A stretch of 64,000 nt of DNA, taken from an uncultured Actinomycetes bacterium. GTDB taxonomy: Bacteria > Actinomycetota > Coriobacteriia > Anaerosomatales > PHET01. The stretch's first letter is position 1, and the number at the start of each line of letters is the position of its first letter. This document shows positions 28,005 to 37,193 of the stretch, one piece after another. The notes beneath the pieces were generated by a model that saw only the letters and a program-made list of their open reading frames with translations, did not search any database and had not been told where the DNA came from. A program made the position numbers and the translations under genes. Location: the NCBI GenBank assembly GCA_963726325.1, contig CAVSCA010000007.1:34392-98391 (forward strand). The letters run 5' to 3'.

Positions 28005-29337
28005 TCAGTCTTGCGGAACGAACGACGCCCTGGCGACGCGGTTCTGGCCGCCGGCCTGGGTCTCGGCCGTGAAGGTGGCGGAACGCCTGATGTCGCGTTC
28101 TCTACGACGCGAGTGCAGCGAGCGTAGCCGTCGGATCCCGTCGTGGCGTGGTAGCGCTCTGTCTGGCCGTCGAGACTCCAAGTGAACGTCACGTCCAGAC
28201 CCGGTACCGGGTCGCCCGGAAGTGTCGCGCGCGAGCGCGTAGCAGGTCTGAGTGTGAGCCGATCGCGGGCCTGTAGTTGGCCACGGTCGCCTTGAAGCCG
28301 TACGACCCGCTGCCCAGCACCTTGGTGGCCGTGTAGCGCTGGGCGACCTTGGTCGTCGTCCCCGAGGCCGGGATGTACGCCGTCAGGTACTTGTCCACCA
28401 TCAGCGGCGACTTCCCGATGTTCTGCCAGTAGGTGACCTTACCGTTGGAGTCGCTGTACCTGAGCAGGGTCTTGGTGCCCGTGGGCAGATTCCAGACGAG
28501 TTTGACTCCAACACCCTCCATAGGCTGTTCCTGAGGCTCGATACACTGCACGACGCCGCAGATCGTCTGGTCCTGCCGCGGATACGTGTAGGAGAGGCTG
28601 ACTGTCGCCTTGCTCGGTACGGGCGCCAGGCCCCGCCCGTCGGAATCGTACGGATGATGTCGGCGAGGTCGTTGGCCGCGCGGCTCTGTACCTCTCGTGT
28701 GATTCGATTGGGAGTCCCCTGCCCACGCGGTGCGAGACCCGGAAGCTGTCGCGCAGAGGCTTGTAGCGAGCGCGGGCGTACTGTGCGGCCGAGATGGTCC
28801 GCGCGCGGATGTCAGTGACGGGGACGGGGGCCCTGCGAGTCACCCAGTACGTCTTGTTGCCCAGCTTGTGCTGGAAGTCATCGACGTCGTACTCGTACTC
28901 GACGTGCAGCTTCCTGTAGTAGTTGGCGTTCTCCGTCGTGTGGAACGGCTGGCAACATCCGAGTAGTAGTGAGAAGGGTGCCGAGGTACTTGCTGGCGCG
29001 CTGCGTAGTCGCCGGCCCGGTAGGCGACGACGGCCTTGTAGTAGAGCTCCGACACGATGTAGGCCGCACCGCGGACGGTGCCCCGAGGCCCTGATAGTGG
29101 TGATACGAGCGGCTCGTCTTGTACGAGTCCGGATCGTCCGTGGCCCGATAGGCCGTCGTGCGGTTCGACCCAGTTCGCGTCGGTGCCCGCGATGGAGATC
29201 GCACGAGCGAGGATCCAGTCGTGAGAGCCGATGCCGTTGCCGTGGTTCCCGCCGTTGGCCCAGCCGAACGCCTGCTGTGCGCCACCCACGAGCATCAGGG
29301 CAACGAGTACTGCCATCAAGACGGCTCTGCGAGTCAT
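28005..29337 (-). CDS. secreted zinc-dependent phospholipase C-like protein with C-terminal beta-sandwich domains; at least 4 frame changes
   Basis: Signal peptide MTRRAVLMAVLVALMLVGGAQQAFG. WANGGNHGNGIGSHDWILARAI and LSHYYSDVCQPFHTTEN...LHVEYEYDVDD are PLC/alpha-toxin-type zinc-site motifs. The tail SATFTAETQAGGQNRVARASFVPQD* ends at 28005. Confidence 0.6.
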
Positions 29338-29474
29338 TTGGTGCGCTCCGTACGTTGGCCGTGAACCGGTTAGGTGCGAATGGCACCCTCGATGGTTCTA
29401 TCGGGAGACCATACGGGATTGATGAGGCCGAGCCGGAGCCTCCCGTGACTGCCGTCACACATCCGTAAACGAGG

Positions 29475-29491
29475 CTGTCAGCCCCTGACAG
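29475..29491. promoter_or_regulatory. perfect palindrome CTGTCAG-CCC-CTGACAG in a divergent promoter region
   Basis: 7-bp arms, lying between the minus-strand start at 29337 and the plus-strand start at 29599. Candidate operator. Confidence 0.3.
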
Positions 29492-29598
29492 GCGCGCCCG
29501 CGCCCGGAGGCGAGCCGCAAGGAGAACCGTGTCGGGCCGGCCCGCGCCGGGTGGGGGATAATCGGAGGTAAGGCACTCGGACAAAGGAGGGCGGGCCC

Positions 29599-30285
29599 GT
29601 GGCTTCTGCCGACAAGCAACGCGGTGCGCTTCAGATCATCTTCTCGTTCTTCCTCGGGCTCATGGTCACGGCGTTCATCGGGGTGGGCGTCTACACGTTC
29701 TATCCACCGCCCGAGGAACGCTATCAGGACCAACTGCAGGAGCTCTACCGCCAGCAGGAGGACATCCAGAGCTTCAAGGAGCCCTCGGCGCTCACTCCCG
29801 GCGACCGCGCCCGGTTGCGGGACATCCAGGCCGACATCCGCAAGATCGAGGACGCGCAGAAGGCCGCACGTGAGGTGTGGGGCCGCAACACGAGCATCAT
29901 CCTGATCACGTTCGCCACTCTCGTCATGAGCATCTCGCTCATCATGTCCGACCGGCTCAAGGTGATCAGCAACGGGTTGCTGCTCGGCGGCCTGTTCACC
30001 ATGCTCTACGGCACCGGATGGATAATCGCCACGGGTACGTCTCAGGCCAGGTTCTTCGTGATGACCGCAGCGCTGGCGATCACGCTGGGGCTCGGCTACG
30101 TCAGGTTCGTGCGCGAGCGGCGTGACAGCGACAGTACGGCCCCGGTGCCCGGCGGCAGCGGCCAGGCCGTTCCGGAGTTGGCGGCGCTCTCCGCACGCGT
30201 GGACGCGCTCGAGCGGCGCAACGCGGCGCTGGCTGCGGCGATCACCCAAGAGGAGCCGGGCGCGCCGCTTCCACCCGCCCAGTAG
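29599..30285 (+). CDS. hypothetical four-TM membrane protein with coiled C-terminal tail
   Basis: AAAGGAGGG then GTG 29599. Intact 228-aa ORF. No family recognised. Confidence 0.55.
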   Translation: MASADKQRGALQIIFSFFLGLMVTAFIGVGVYTFYPPPEERYQDQLQELYRQQEDIQSFKEPSALTPGDRARLRDIQADIRKIEDAQKAAREVWGRNTSIILITFATLVMSISLIMSDRLKVISNGLLLGGLFTMLYGTGWIIATGTSQARFFVMTAALAITLGLGYVRFVRERRDSDSTAPVPGGSGQAVPELAALSARVDALERRNAALAAAITQEEPGAPLPPAQ

Positions 30286-30294
30286 CGGGCGGCT

Positions 30295-31800
30295 CTACAG
30301 GTACTGCCAGACGTCGTCGACTCCTGCCTCGGCGGCAGGCACGCAGTCGGCGATGCGACGCAGGGGCTGCCCCGTCTTGATGTCGATGACTCGCAGGTCG
30401 AGGATCTCGGGGGTCTCCAGCCAGCGGCCGACCGTATCGGCGAGCACCTTCACGCGCGGGTGAAGCAGGTCGTCGTTGTTCACGCGGTAGACGATCGCCG
30501 TCGAGTCATCGTCGAGCTTGACGACCGCACCCATGGGATAGATGCCGAGCATCGCCACGAGCGCCTTGGTGACACCCGGGTCGTACGCCTTCGCTCGACC
30601 CTGCATGAGGACGGCCAGTGCCTTGTCGGGCCTGATCTCGCGTCGGAACGGGCGCATCGTGGTCATCGCGTCGTACGCATCGCATACAGCGACGATCTTG
30701 CTGAACAGGTGCTGCTCGTTGGGCGTGATCGCCTCGGGGTATCCGAGCAGGTCGTGGCGCTGGTGGTGCTCGTAGGCGACGATCATCGGCATCTTGTCGG
30801 CGAGCTTGATGCGCTTGAGCAGGTCGGCGCCCTCCTCGGAGTGCCGCTTGACGATCTGCCACTCCTCGGCCGTGAGGGGGCCGGGCTTCGCGAGTACGTC
30901 TTCGGGGATTCGGACCTTGCCGATGTCGTAGAGCAGGCCCGCGAGTCCGAGCGAGTGCAGCTCCTCACCGGACAGCCCGAGCGCCGAGCCGAGCGACAGC
31001 GAGAGGATGCACACGTTGATCGAGTGATTCAGCGTGTAGTCGTCGTGCCCCTTGATGGCGGTCAGCCCGATGACTGCCGCGGGATCCTGGAGCAGGTTGT
31101 CGAGCATCGACTCGACCACGCGCTGCAGGGAGCCGACCTCCATCATGCGGCCGAGCTTCGCCTGCGTCTCGATCTCGTGCATCGCTGCGACGCCGTTGTC
31201 GTAGCTCTCGCGGGCGCGGGCTCGGACCTCGCGGTTGCGCTCCTCGTTGCCCGAGTCCTCGAGCGTGCTCGTCTCGGCGACCGCGATGTCGACGACCTTG
31301 CGCGCCTCGAGGAACGACCGCGCGCTCTCGATGTCGGCGACGCGGGCGTCGGCCAGCAACTCGATCAACGCGGCGGCCTCCTCGGCGGTCACTCCGTGCG
31401 AGAAGGTGATCGCCGAGATGCCGTGGGCGAGGACCTCCTCGATGAGCTTGCTGTAGGTGACGCTTTCCTCGGGGAACACCTGGTTCTCCACGAACAGCGT
31501 GCTCTTGTAGATGTTGATCGCGACGGTCTCGAAACCGAACTCGGCAAGCGAGCGGACCGCGGATGCGAGCTCTGCCAACGAGTCGGCCACCAGCGGGTGG
31601 GTTGTGGGGTACAGGGCGGCGTTGGTGTGCGCGACCGCCAACGAGCGGACGAGTTCGCGCGCGCGCTGCAGCTTCTCCGGTGTCGCGAACGGCGCCTGGA
31701 CGGCGATGAAGGCGGGCGCGTCGCCGGCCGTCTCGGCTGCGATCTCCTCGGGGGTGGCCAGCGGCCCTTCGTCCTCGGGGCGGTACGGTGCGTCTGTCAC
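30295..31800 (-). CDS. HD-GYP domain protein (putative cyclic-di-GMP phosphodiesterase) with N-terminal sensor-like module
   Basis: Intact 501 aa. HSINVCILS...LAGLLYDIGK...HSEEGADLL...YEHHQRHDLLGYPE is the HD-GYP signature. Confidence 0.85.
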   Translation of the reverse strand: MTDAPYRPEDEGPLATPEEIAAETAGDAPAFIAVQAPFATPEKLQRARELVRSLAVAHTNAALYPTTHPLVADSLAELASAVRSLAEFGFETVAINIYKSTLFVENQVFPEESVTYSKLIEEVLAHGISAITFSHGVTAEEAAALIELLADARVADIESARSFLEARKVVDIAVAETSTLEDSGNEERNREVRARARESYDNGVAAMHEIETQAKLGRMMEVGSLQRVVESMLDNLLQDPAAVIGLTAIKGHDDYTLNHSINVCILSLSLGSALGLSGEELHSLGLAGLLYDIGKVRIPEDVLAKPGPLTAEEWQIVKRHSEEGADLLKRIKLADKMPMIVAYEHHQRHDLLGYPEAITPNEQHLFSKIVAVCDAYDAMTTMRPFRREIRPDKALAVLMQGRAKAYDPGVTKALVAMLGIYPMGAVVKLDDDSTAIVYRVNNDDLLHPRVKVLADTVGRWLETPEILDLRVIDIKTGQPLRRIADCVPAAEAGVDDVWQYL

Positions 31801-33764
31801 GTATGACTCACTCCTCGGTCTCTCGCGATGCCATCAGCGGCGGTGATGGCCTGATTCCGGAGTTCCCTGTTCTTCCTGCCGATGCTGATTGTATGCGCAG
31901 CGAAGCTCCTGAGCGCCTTTTCCGCCTCGGGCGTGCCGATCTGCTCGAGCGAGCGGATGATCTCCTTGCGCGTCTCGTACGTGCGAGCGAATACGTTGAG
32001 GTCCTCGAGCGCGCGAGAGAGCGCGGGGACGGCGGCGTTGACCTTCGCGCGCCCGATCTCCCGCACGACGTAGCGCTGGGTCTCCGGCTCGCGGTGCTTC
32101 AGCGCCTTGACGAGCGCGGCGGAGGCTTCGGGCGACTGCATCGCGGCGAGCGCGCGGATGGCGGCGAAGCGCACCGACTCGTCGAGGCTGCCGAGCATGC
32201 CCGCGACGACCGGCACTGCACGCTTGTCGCCCAGCGTGGGCAGCACGTCGAGGATCGCCACCGCCGCACCCGGCTCGGCGGTGCGCAGCTTCTGCCGAGC
32301 AACCCCGAGCACGCCCTCGCTCATGCCTCGCAGTACCGGACGGAACAACGACCGGCGCTGAGCGCCCATGCGAACGTAGCTCTCGAGCAGCGCCTCGGCG
32401 CCCGCCGTGCCCGCCGCGTGGAGTATCTCCCCGGCTATCGCGGCGTCTGCGTCAGAGTCCGAGACCCGGCAGACATCGGCCAGGACCTCGGGCTCGGCGA
32501 GCGTGGAGCGAGCGGCGTTCACGGCGTCGGTGAGGGCCGGTTCTGCGGCGATCTCGTCGAGTCGGCGCAGCGCCTCGCGCACCTGCGTGAACGATCCGTC
32601 ACGCGTGGCCTGGGGCAACACCTCGCCCATGGCGCGCACGGTCTCGATGTCCGTGCGGCTGTACGAGACGGCGGTCGCGGTCGCGAGTGCGCGCCCGGCT
32701 GCCAGCGCGGGGGAGGCGACCGCGACTTGCCGCTCGATGTCGCTCGGGTCCTCCTCGATCGCCATCACCTCGGCGAGCTGCTCCGCCTGCTCGGTCGTCG
32801 CGGCACCGGAATCGAAATCGACGTCGGGAGTGGGCGCAAGCATGAACGCGAGCAGCTTGGCGGTGTCGGGCGGCAGCTCGATCGCCGCGGCTATGCGCCT
32901 CGGGTCGATGCCGGCCTGCCCTGCCACCAGCGTGAAGAGCCGGGCGAGCGCCGCGGGCTTCATGCGCGCGATCACCCCGAGCATGCCCTCCATGCGGCCG
33001 CCCTCGGTGTCGGTAGCGAGCGCCATCGAGAGCACGCGGACGCGCGTCGCCTCGTCGAGCCGCATCATCGCAGCAGCGATGCGCTCCATCGCAAGCTCGC
33101 GGGTCGCGTCCTCGAGCCGGGAGATCGCATCGGCGACCTCGTCGCCCGCGGGTCCTGTCGCGGCGGCTTCTGCTCGGCGCTCGACGGCCTTCGCCACCTC
33201 GGTGGCGATCTCGTCGAGCGGCGCGGTCGTGGGATCGAGGCCGGAGAGCCCCTCTTCCTCGGACGCCCGAAGCGAGACCTCTATCACGGCGATGTGGCGT
33301 ACTCCTCCGCCGACGAGCGCGGCTCTCGGTCCGCCTCCGGTCCTGATCTCCTTGGGGTCGGTGTTGGCGACCTGCACGAAGATCCGAGTCTCTTGCTCGA
33401 TCACTCCCGGGACGATGACGACCTGGCCGACCTGCATCGAGTGGAGCGCCTCGGCGAACGCCACCACCTGGCTTTGGCCTGCCGCGACCTCGGTGTCGCC
33501 GACGCGGAAGGCATGCGGGTCGACGATGAAGCGCAGCGGGCCGTTCGCGGTGAGTTCGTTGATGCGCGTGGTGAACCGTGCGGCGGCCTCGAGAGGCAGC
33601 GCCGAACCGGGAGGGTAGAGCCGCGCGCTGCCCACGGCCGAAGCGAGAAGCCGAATCGCCTCCTCGGCACGTGGGAAGCCCTCCTTGTCCCCCGACAACA
33701 CCCCTCCTCCTATCGCGTTGTGCCCGCAGTTACTGGTATATCGGGTTAGGGCCGCATGCGCCAC
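31797..33764 (-). CDS. HEAT/PBS-lyase-repeat protein; start may be GTG 33701 or TTG 33698
   Basis: Intact ORF. Its stop overlaps the HD-GYP start (ATGA). C-terminal repeats such as AVPVVAGMLGSLDESVRFAAIRALAAM and AVPALSRALEDLN... AGGAGGAGG precedes 33701. Confidence 0.75.
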   Translation of the reverse strand: MAHAALTRYTSNCGHNAIGGGVLSGDKEGFPRAEEAIRLLASAVGSARLYPPGSALPLEAAARFTTRINELTANGPLRFIVDPHAFRVGDTEVAAGQSQVVAFAEALHSMQVGQVVIVPGVIEQETRIFVQVANTDPKEIRTGGGPRAALVGGGVRHIAVIEVSLRASEEEGLSGLDPTTAPLDEIATEVAKAVERRAEAAATGPAGDEVADAISRLEDATRELAMERIAAAMMRLDEATRVRVLSMALATDTEGGRMEGMLGVIARMKPAALARLFTLVAGQAGIDPRRIAAAIELPPDTAKLLAFMLAPTPDVDFDSGAATTEQAEQLAEVMAIEEDPSDIERQVAVASPALAAGRALATATAVSYSRTDIETVRAMGEVLPQATRDGSFTQVREALRRLDEIAAEPALTDAVNAARSTLAEPEVLADVCRVSDSDADAAIAGEILHAAGTAGAEALLESYVRMGAQRRSLFRPVLRGMSEGVLGVARQKLRTAEPGAAVAILDVLPTLGDKRAVPVVAGMLGSLDESVRFAAIRALAAMQSPEASAALVKALKHREPETQRYVVREIGRAKVNAAVPALSRALEDLNVFARTYETRKEIIRSLEQIGTPEAEKALRSFAAHTISIGRKNRELRNQAITAADGIARDRGVSHT

Positions 33765-33875
33765 ACGAACACGGAAGCGAACATGTGCGCAACCGCACAG
33801 TCACCAATCGTGCGATGCTGGCCCGATGAGGGCAACTGCCCGATAGAGTGGTGACATAGAAGAACCGGGAGCCCC

Positions 33876-34371
33876 GTGTCTCTAAGAACAGAGGCATACT
33901 ACAGATCGGTCGCCACCGAGGCGCTCGGCAGCCTGCCGTGCGACGAGCCGCCGGTGCCCATCGACGCCCTTGTCTCGGCACTGGGAATCCCCGTGCGGGC
34001 GGTGAGTCTGCCCTGACTTCTTCACCTCGGCACTCGTCTACGAAGACGGGCTGCCGGTCATGGTGCTGAACTGGGCAAAGCCCGAGCCCGAGCGCCGTGT
34101 CGCGCTCGCGCACATGCTCGGCCACGTGCTGCTCGTGCTGCACGGGGACGACGAGACCTATCCGCGCGAGCAGGGCGACCACAAGGGCGCGGATCTGGTC
34201 GCGAACGAGTTGATGCTCCCCACGCAGATGGTCGCCGATCAGGCGAAGCTGTGGTTCAACGACTTCCGCTACCTTGCGCGGCTGTTCGGCGTCAGCGAGG
34301 AGCAGATGCTCGACCGTATGCGCCAGATGGGGCTGATCAGCGGTCCTCAGGGCGCGGTGTGGGACTACTAG
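33876..34371 (+). CDS. ImmA/IrrE-family metallopeptidase; extra base at about 34014
   Basis: GTG 33876. PVPIDALVSALGIPVRAVSLP stops at TGA 34014-34016. The +1 frame continues DFFTSALVYEDGLPVMVLN...RRVALAHMLGHVLL (HExxH-like variant). Confidence 0.7.
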
Positions 34372-34462
34372 GGTCTGAGCGGCGCGTGGCGCGGTATCAT
34401 CGAGCGAGAGGGCGGCGCTGTTTCGGCGTGCCGCCTCAGACGGCTTCTGGAAGAGGGGATTC

Positions 34463-35437
34463 ATGCGGACCACGTACGCCGTGGGTGTGGATGTCGGGGG
34501 AACGAGAATCGCCGCAGGGCTTGTTGAGCGCAAGGGCCGGATCGTACGGGACAAGCGGGAGCTCACGCCCCACACCGGGCCGTTCGCCGTGGTGGATACC
34601 ATCATCGATCTGGTCGAGGACGTCACTGCGGGAATCCACCCCTCGGAACTTGCCGGTGTGGGCATCGGCCTGCCGGCGCAGGTCGACTTCCTGAGGCAGG
34701 AAGTGGAGTTCTGCACGAACCTGCCGCTTGCGGGCGTGGACGTGAGGTCGCTCGTGATGTCTCGGACCAAGAGCGAGGTCACGATCGACAACGACGGCAA
34801 TCTCGCCGCGCTGGGCGAGTCGCGCTACGGCGCCGCCAAGGGCGTGCGTGACTTCCTGATGATCACGCTGGGCACCGGTGTGGGCGGCGGGATGTTCATC
34901 GCCGGCGAGCCGTATCGGGGCAGCCGAGGGCTCGGCGGCGAGATCGGCCACACAGTCATCGACCTTGACGGACCGGAGTGTCCGTGCGGCGGCCATGGTC
35001 ACCTCGAAGGCTACCTCGGGCGCCCGGCGATAGCGGCCAGGGGCAAGGAGGCCGCGCTTTCGTTCTCCGGCCGAGCGATCGTCGACGCCGCCGGGGGGAA
35101 CGCCGAAGACATCACTGCCGAGTCGGTGGTTCTCGCCGCGAAGGGCGGCGACGCGACCGCGCGGACCATCCTGCTCGAGTGCGGCGAGGTGTTCGGCCGC
35201 GCGCTCGTGGGACTCGTGAACATCTTCAATCCCAAGCTGGTGTGCGTGGGAGGCGGGATCGGCGAGTCCGCCGAGTTCTTGGTCACCCGAGCGACCGAGG
35301 TCATGCAGGGCGAGGCACTCGCCGGTCGCAGGGACGTCTCGGTGGTCCAGGCCGTTCTGGGCAACGACGCCGGGATCCTCGGCGCGGCGACCCTCGCTTT
35401 CGACGAGCACGACTCCCGAGAAGGCCTGCACCGCTGA
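34463..35437 (+). CDS. ROK-family sugar kinase (glucokinase-like)
   Basis: Intact 324 aa. GVDVGGTRIAAG, NDGNLAALGE and the zinc motif GHTVIDLDGPECPCGGHGHLE. Confidence 0.88.
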   Translation: MRTTYAVGVDVGGTRIAAGLVERKGRIVRDKRELTPHTGPFAVVDTIIDLVEDVTAGIHPSELAGVGIGLPAQVDFLRQEVEFCTNLPLAGVDVRSLVMSRTKSEVTIDNDGNLAALGESRYGAAKGVRDFLMITLGTGVGGGMFIAGEPYRGSRGLGGEIGHTVIDLDGPECPCGGHGHLEGYLGRPAIAARGKEAALSFSGRAIVDAAGGNAEDITAESVVLAAKGGDATARTILLECGEVFGRALVGLVNIFNPKLVCVGGGIGESAEFLVTRATEVMQGEALAGRRDVSVVQAVLGNDAGILGAATLAFDEHDSREGLHR

Positions 35438-35466
35438 CACAGCGCGTCTCCAACCAGGAGGTTCAC

Positions 35467-36094
35467 ATGAGCGACGACCGCATCGAGTCCCACGAAGAAC
35501 GCCTCCTCGTCTTGCGAGACAAGGCCGCTCGCGAGGGGTTCGTCGTCGGTGACGATGTGCTCGACTACATCGCCGGCAAGTACGCGTTGGCGACCACGCT
35601 CAAGGGTGCGCTGATCAACGTGCAGGCACTCGCTTCGCGCAAGGGCGTCCCCGTGTCGCTGTCGATCGCACGGCTCGCGCTGGATGGGATCCGCGAGACG
35701 CCCGCGCCCCCGCCATCCGAGCAGGCCGCAGCGGACGACGGATCGTGGGCCGAGGAGCCTCGGAGCCCGCCGATGAATGGGCGCCCGAGCCCGAGCCCGA
35801 GCTCGCGGAACCGGACGCCGACACGTGGGACGAGCCCGTGATCGAGCCCGGCGCGGGCGCGCCAACGGAGGCGACGCCTGCGCCCGAACCCGAACCGGTC
35901 GCCGGCGAAGCGGGTCCGGACCCAACCGTGACGGCGACGCTGTTCGTCCCGCCTCCTCCGCAGGCGCCTTCGGCGCCGGTCGCCACAGCGCCGGCGCCCG
36001 CTGCCGTCCACGAGCCGGCCGCGTCAGCGCCGCTGCCGTCCACGAGCCGGCGGCCGCGCACGAGACCGAGCCGGCCGTCGTCTGGTTCGCGCCC
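35467..36094 (+). CDS. DnaA AAA+-lid-like N-terminal module plus acidic Pro/Ala/Glu-rich linker; probably the N-terminal part of a fusion with the downstream DUF362 protein
   Basis: AGGAGG-N6-ATG at 35467. RLLVLRDKAAREGFVVGDDVLDYIAGKYALATTLKGALINVQALASRKGVPVSLSIARLALDGI aligns by eye with DnaA domain IIIb. The linker runs through frames 1, 0 and 2, and the peptide AAVHEPAA occurs on both sides of the last frame change. Confidence 0.5.
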
Positions 36095-37175
36095 ATGCGC
36101 AGCACCAAGAAGGAGTCGCTGGTCAAGCGAGTCGGCAACCTGCTCAAGGTCGCCGGCATCAAGCACGCCATCGGCGACGGCGACCTGGTCGCGATCAAGC
36201 TGCACTTCGGCGAGGAGGGCAACACCGGGTTCGTGCAGCCCATCTTCCTGCGTGAGGTCGTTCGGCAGGTGCGCAAGCGCGGCGGCAAGCCGTTCCTCAC
36301 CGACTGCAACACCCTCTATCGCGGCAAGCGCGGCAACGCCGTCGACCACCTGAACTGCGCGATCCACAACGGCTTCAGCCACGCCACCCTCAACGCGCCG
36401 ATCATCATCGCGGACGGGCTTGGACGGCCGCGACGGCGTCGACGTTCCGATCGCGGGGTTCAAGCACTTCGACAGCGTGCGGATCGGCGCGGCGGCGGTT
36501 CACGCCGACGCCATGGTCGTCGTCACGCACGTGAAGGGCCACGAGGCCACCGGCTTCGGCGGCGCGATCAAGAACGTGGGCATGGGGCTCGGGACGCGGG
36601 CCGCGAAGCAGCGGATGCACAGCGATCTCAAGCCGCAGGTCACTGCCGAGAAGTGCACCGCCTGCAAGCGCTGCGTGAAGTCGTGCCCGGTGCGCGCGAT
36701 CGAGATCGTCGACAAGGTCGCAGTCATCGACTACGAGAAGTGCTACGGCTGCGGAGAGTGCGTCGCGGCCTGCCCATACGGCGCCATCGGCATTCAGTGG
36801 AAGACCGAACCCCAGGCGATCCAGGAGAAGATGGTCGAGCACTGCGCCGGCGCGCTCGCCGACAAGGACGGCAAGGTCGTCTACCTGTCGTTCGTGACCA
36901 ACGTCTCGCCCGACTGCGATTGCTGGAGCTTCTCGGACGCGAGCGTCGTGGCCGACATAGGGGTGCTCGCGTCGACCGACTTGGTCGCCATCGACCAGGC
37001 TGCGTACGACCTGGTCACCCAGGCGCAGGGCCTTCCGGGCAGCCGCGGTGAGGGCTTGGCGGCCGGCGTCGACAAGTTCCGCGAGATCACCGGGATCGAC
37101 GGGACGGTCATGCTCGAGTACGCCGAGGCGCATGCGATGGGGACCAGGTCATACGAGCTCAAGATGCTCGACTAG
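36095..37175 (+). CDS. DUF362 protein with inserted 2x[4Fe-4S] ferredoxin domain; frame change near 36405-36425
   Basis: VVWFAPMRSTKKESLVKRV...VAIKLHFGEEGNTGFVQPIF...PFLTDCNTLY...THVKGHEATGFGGAIKNVGMGLG. Ferredoxin motifs CTACKRCVKSCP and CYGCGECVAACP. ATG 36095 lies inside the conserved first strand, and homology starts at about 36077 with no start codon there. Confidence 0.75.
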
Positions 37176-37193
37176 GGCGACGGAGGGGTCGGC

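Noticed and set aside
34008-34020. CCC-TGA-C at the ImmA-like frame change as an RF2-style programmed +1 frameshift site; more generally, programmed frameshifting as the cause of the +1 bias.
   Set aside because: Other junctions (e.g. glmU, atpC, nfnB) do not occur at stop codons, and the zero frame runs on for tens to hundreds of codons there. No shared slippery motif or upstream SD-like stimulator is seen. Technical insertion error explains all sites at once.
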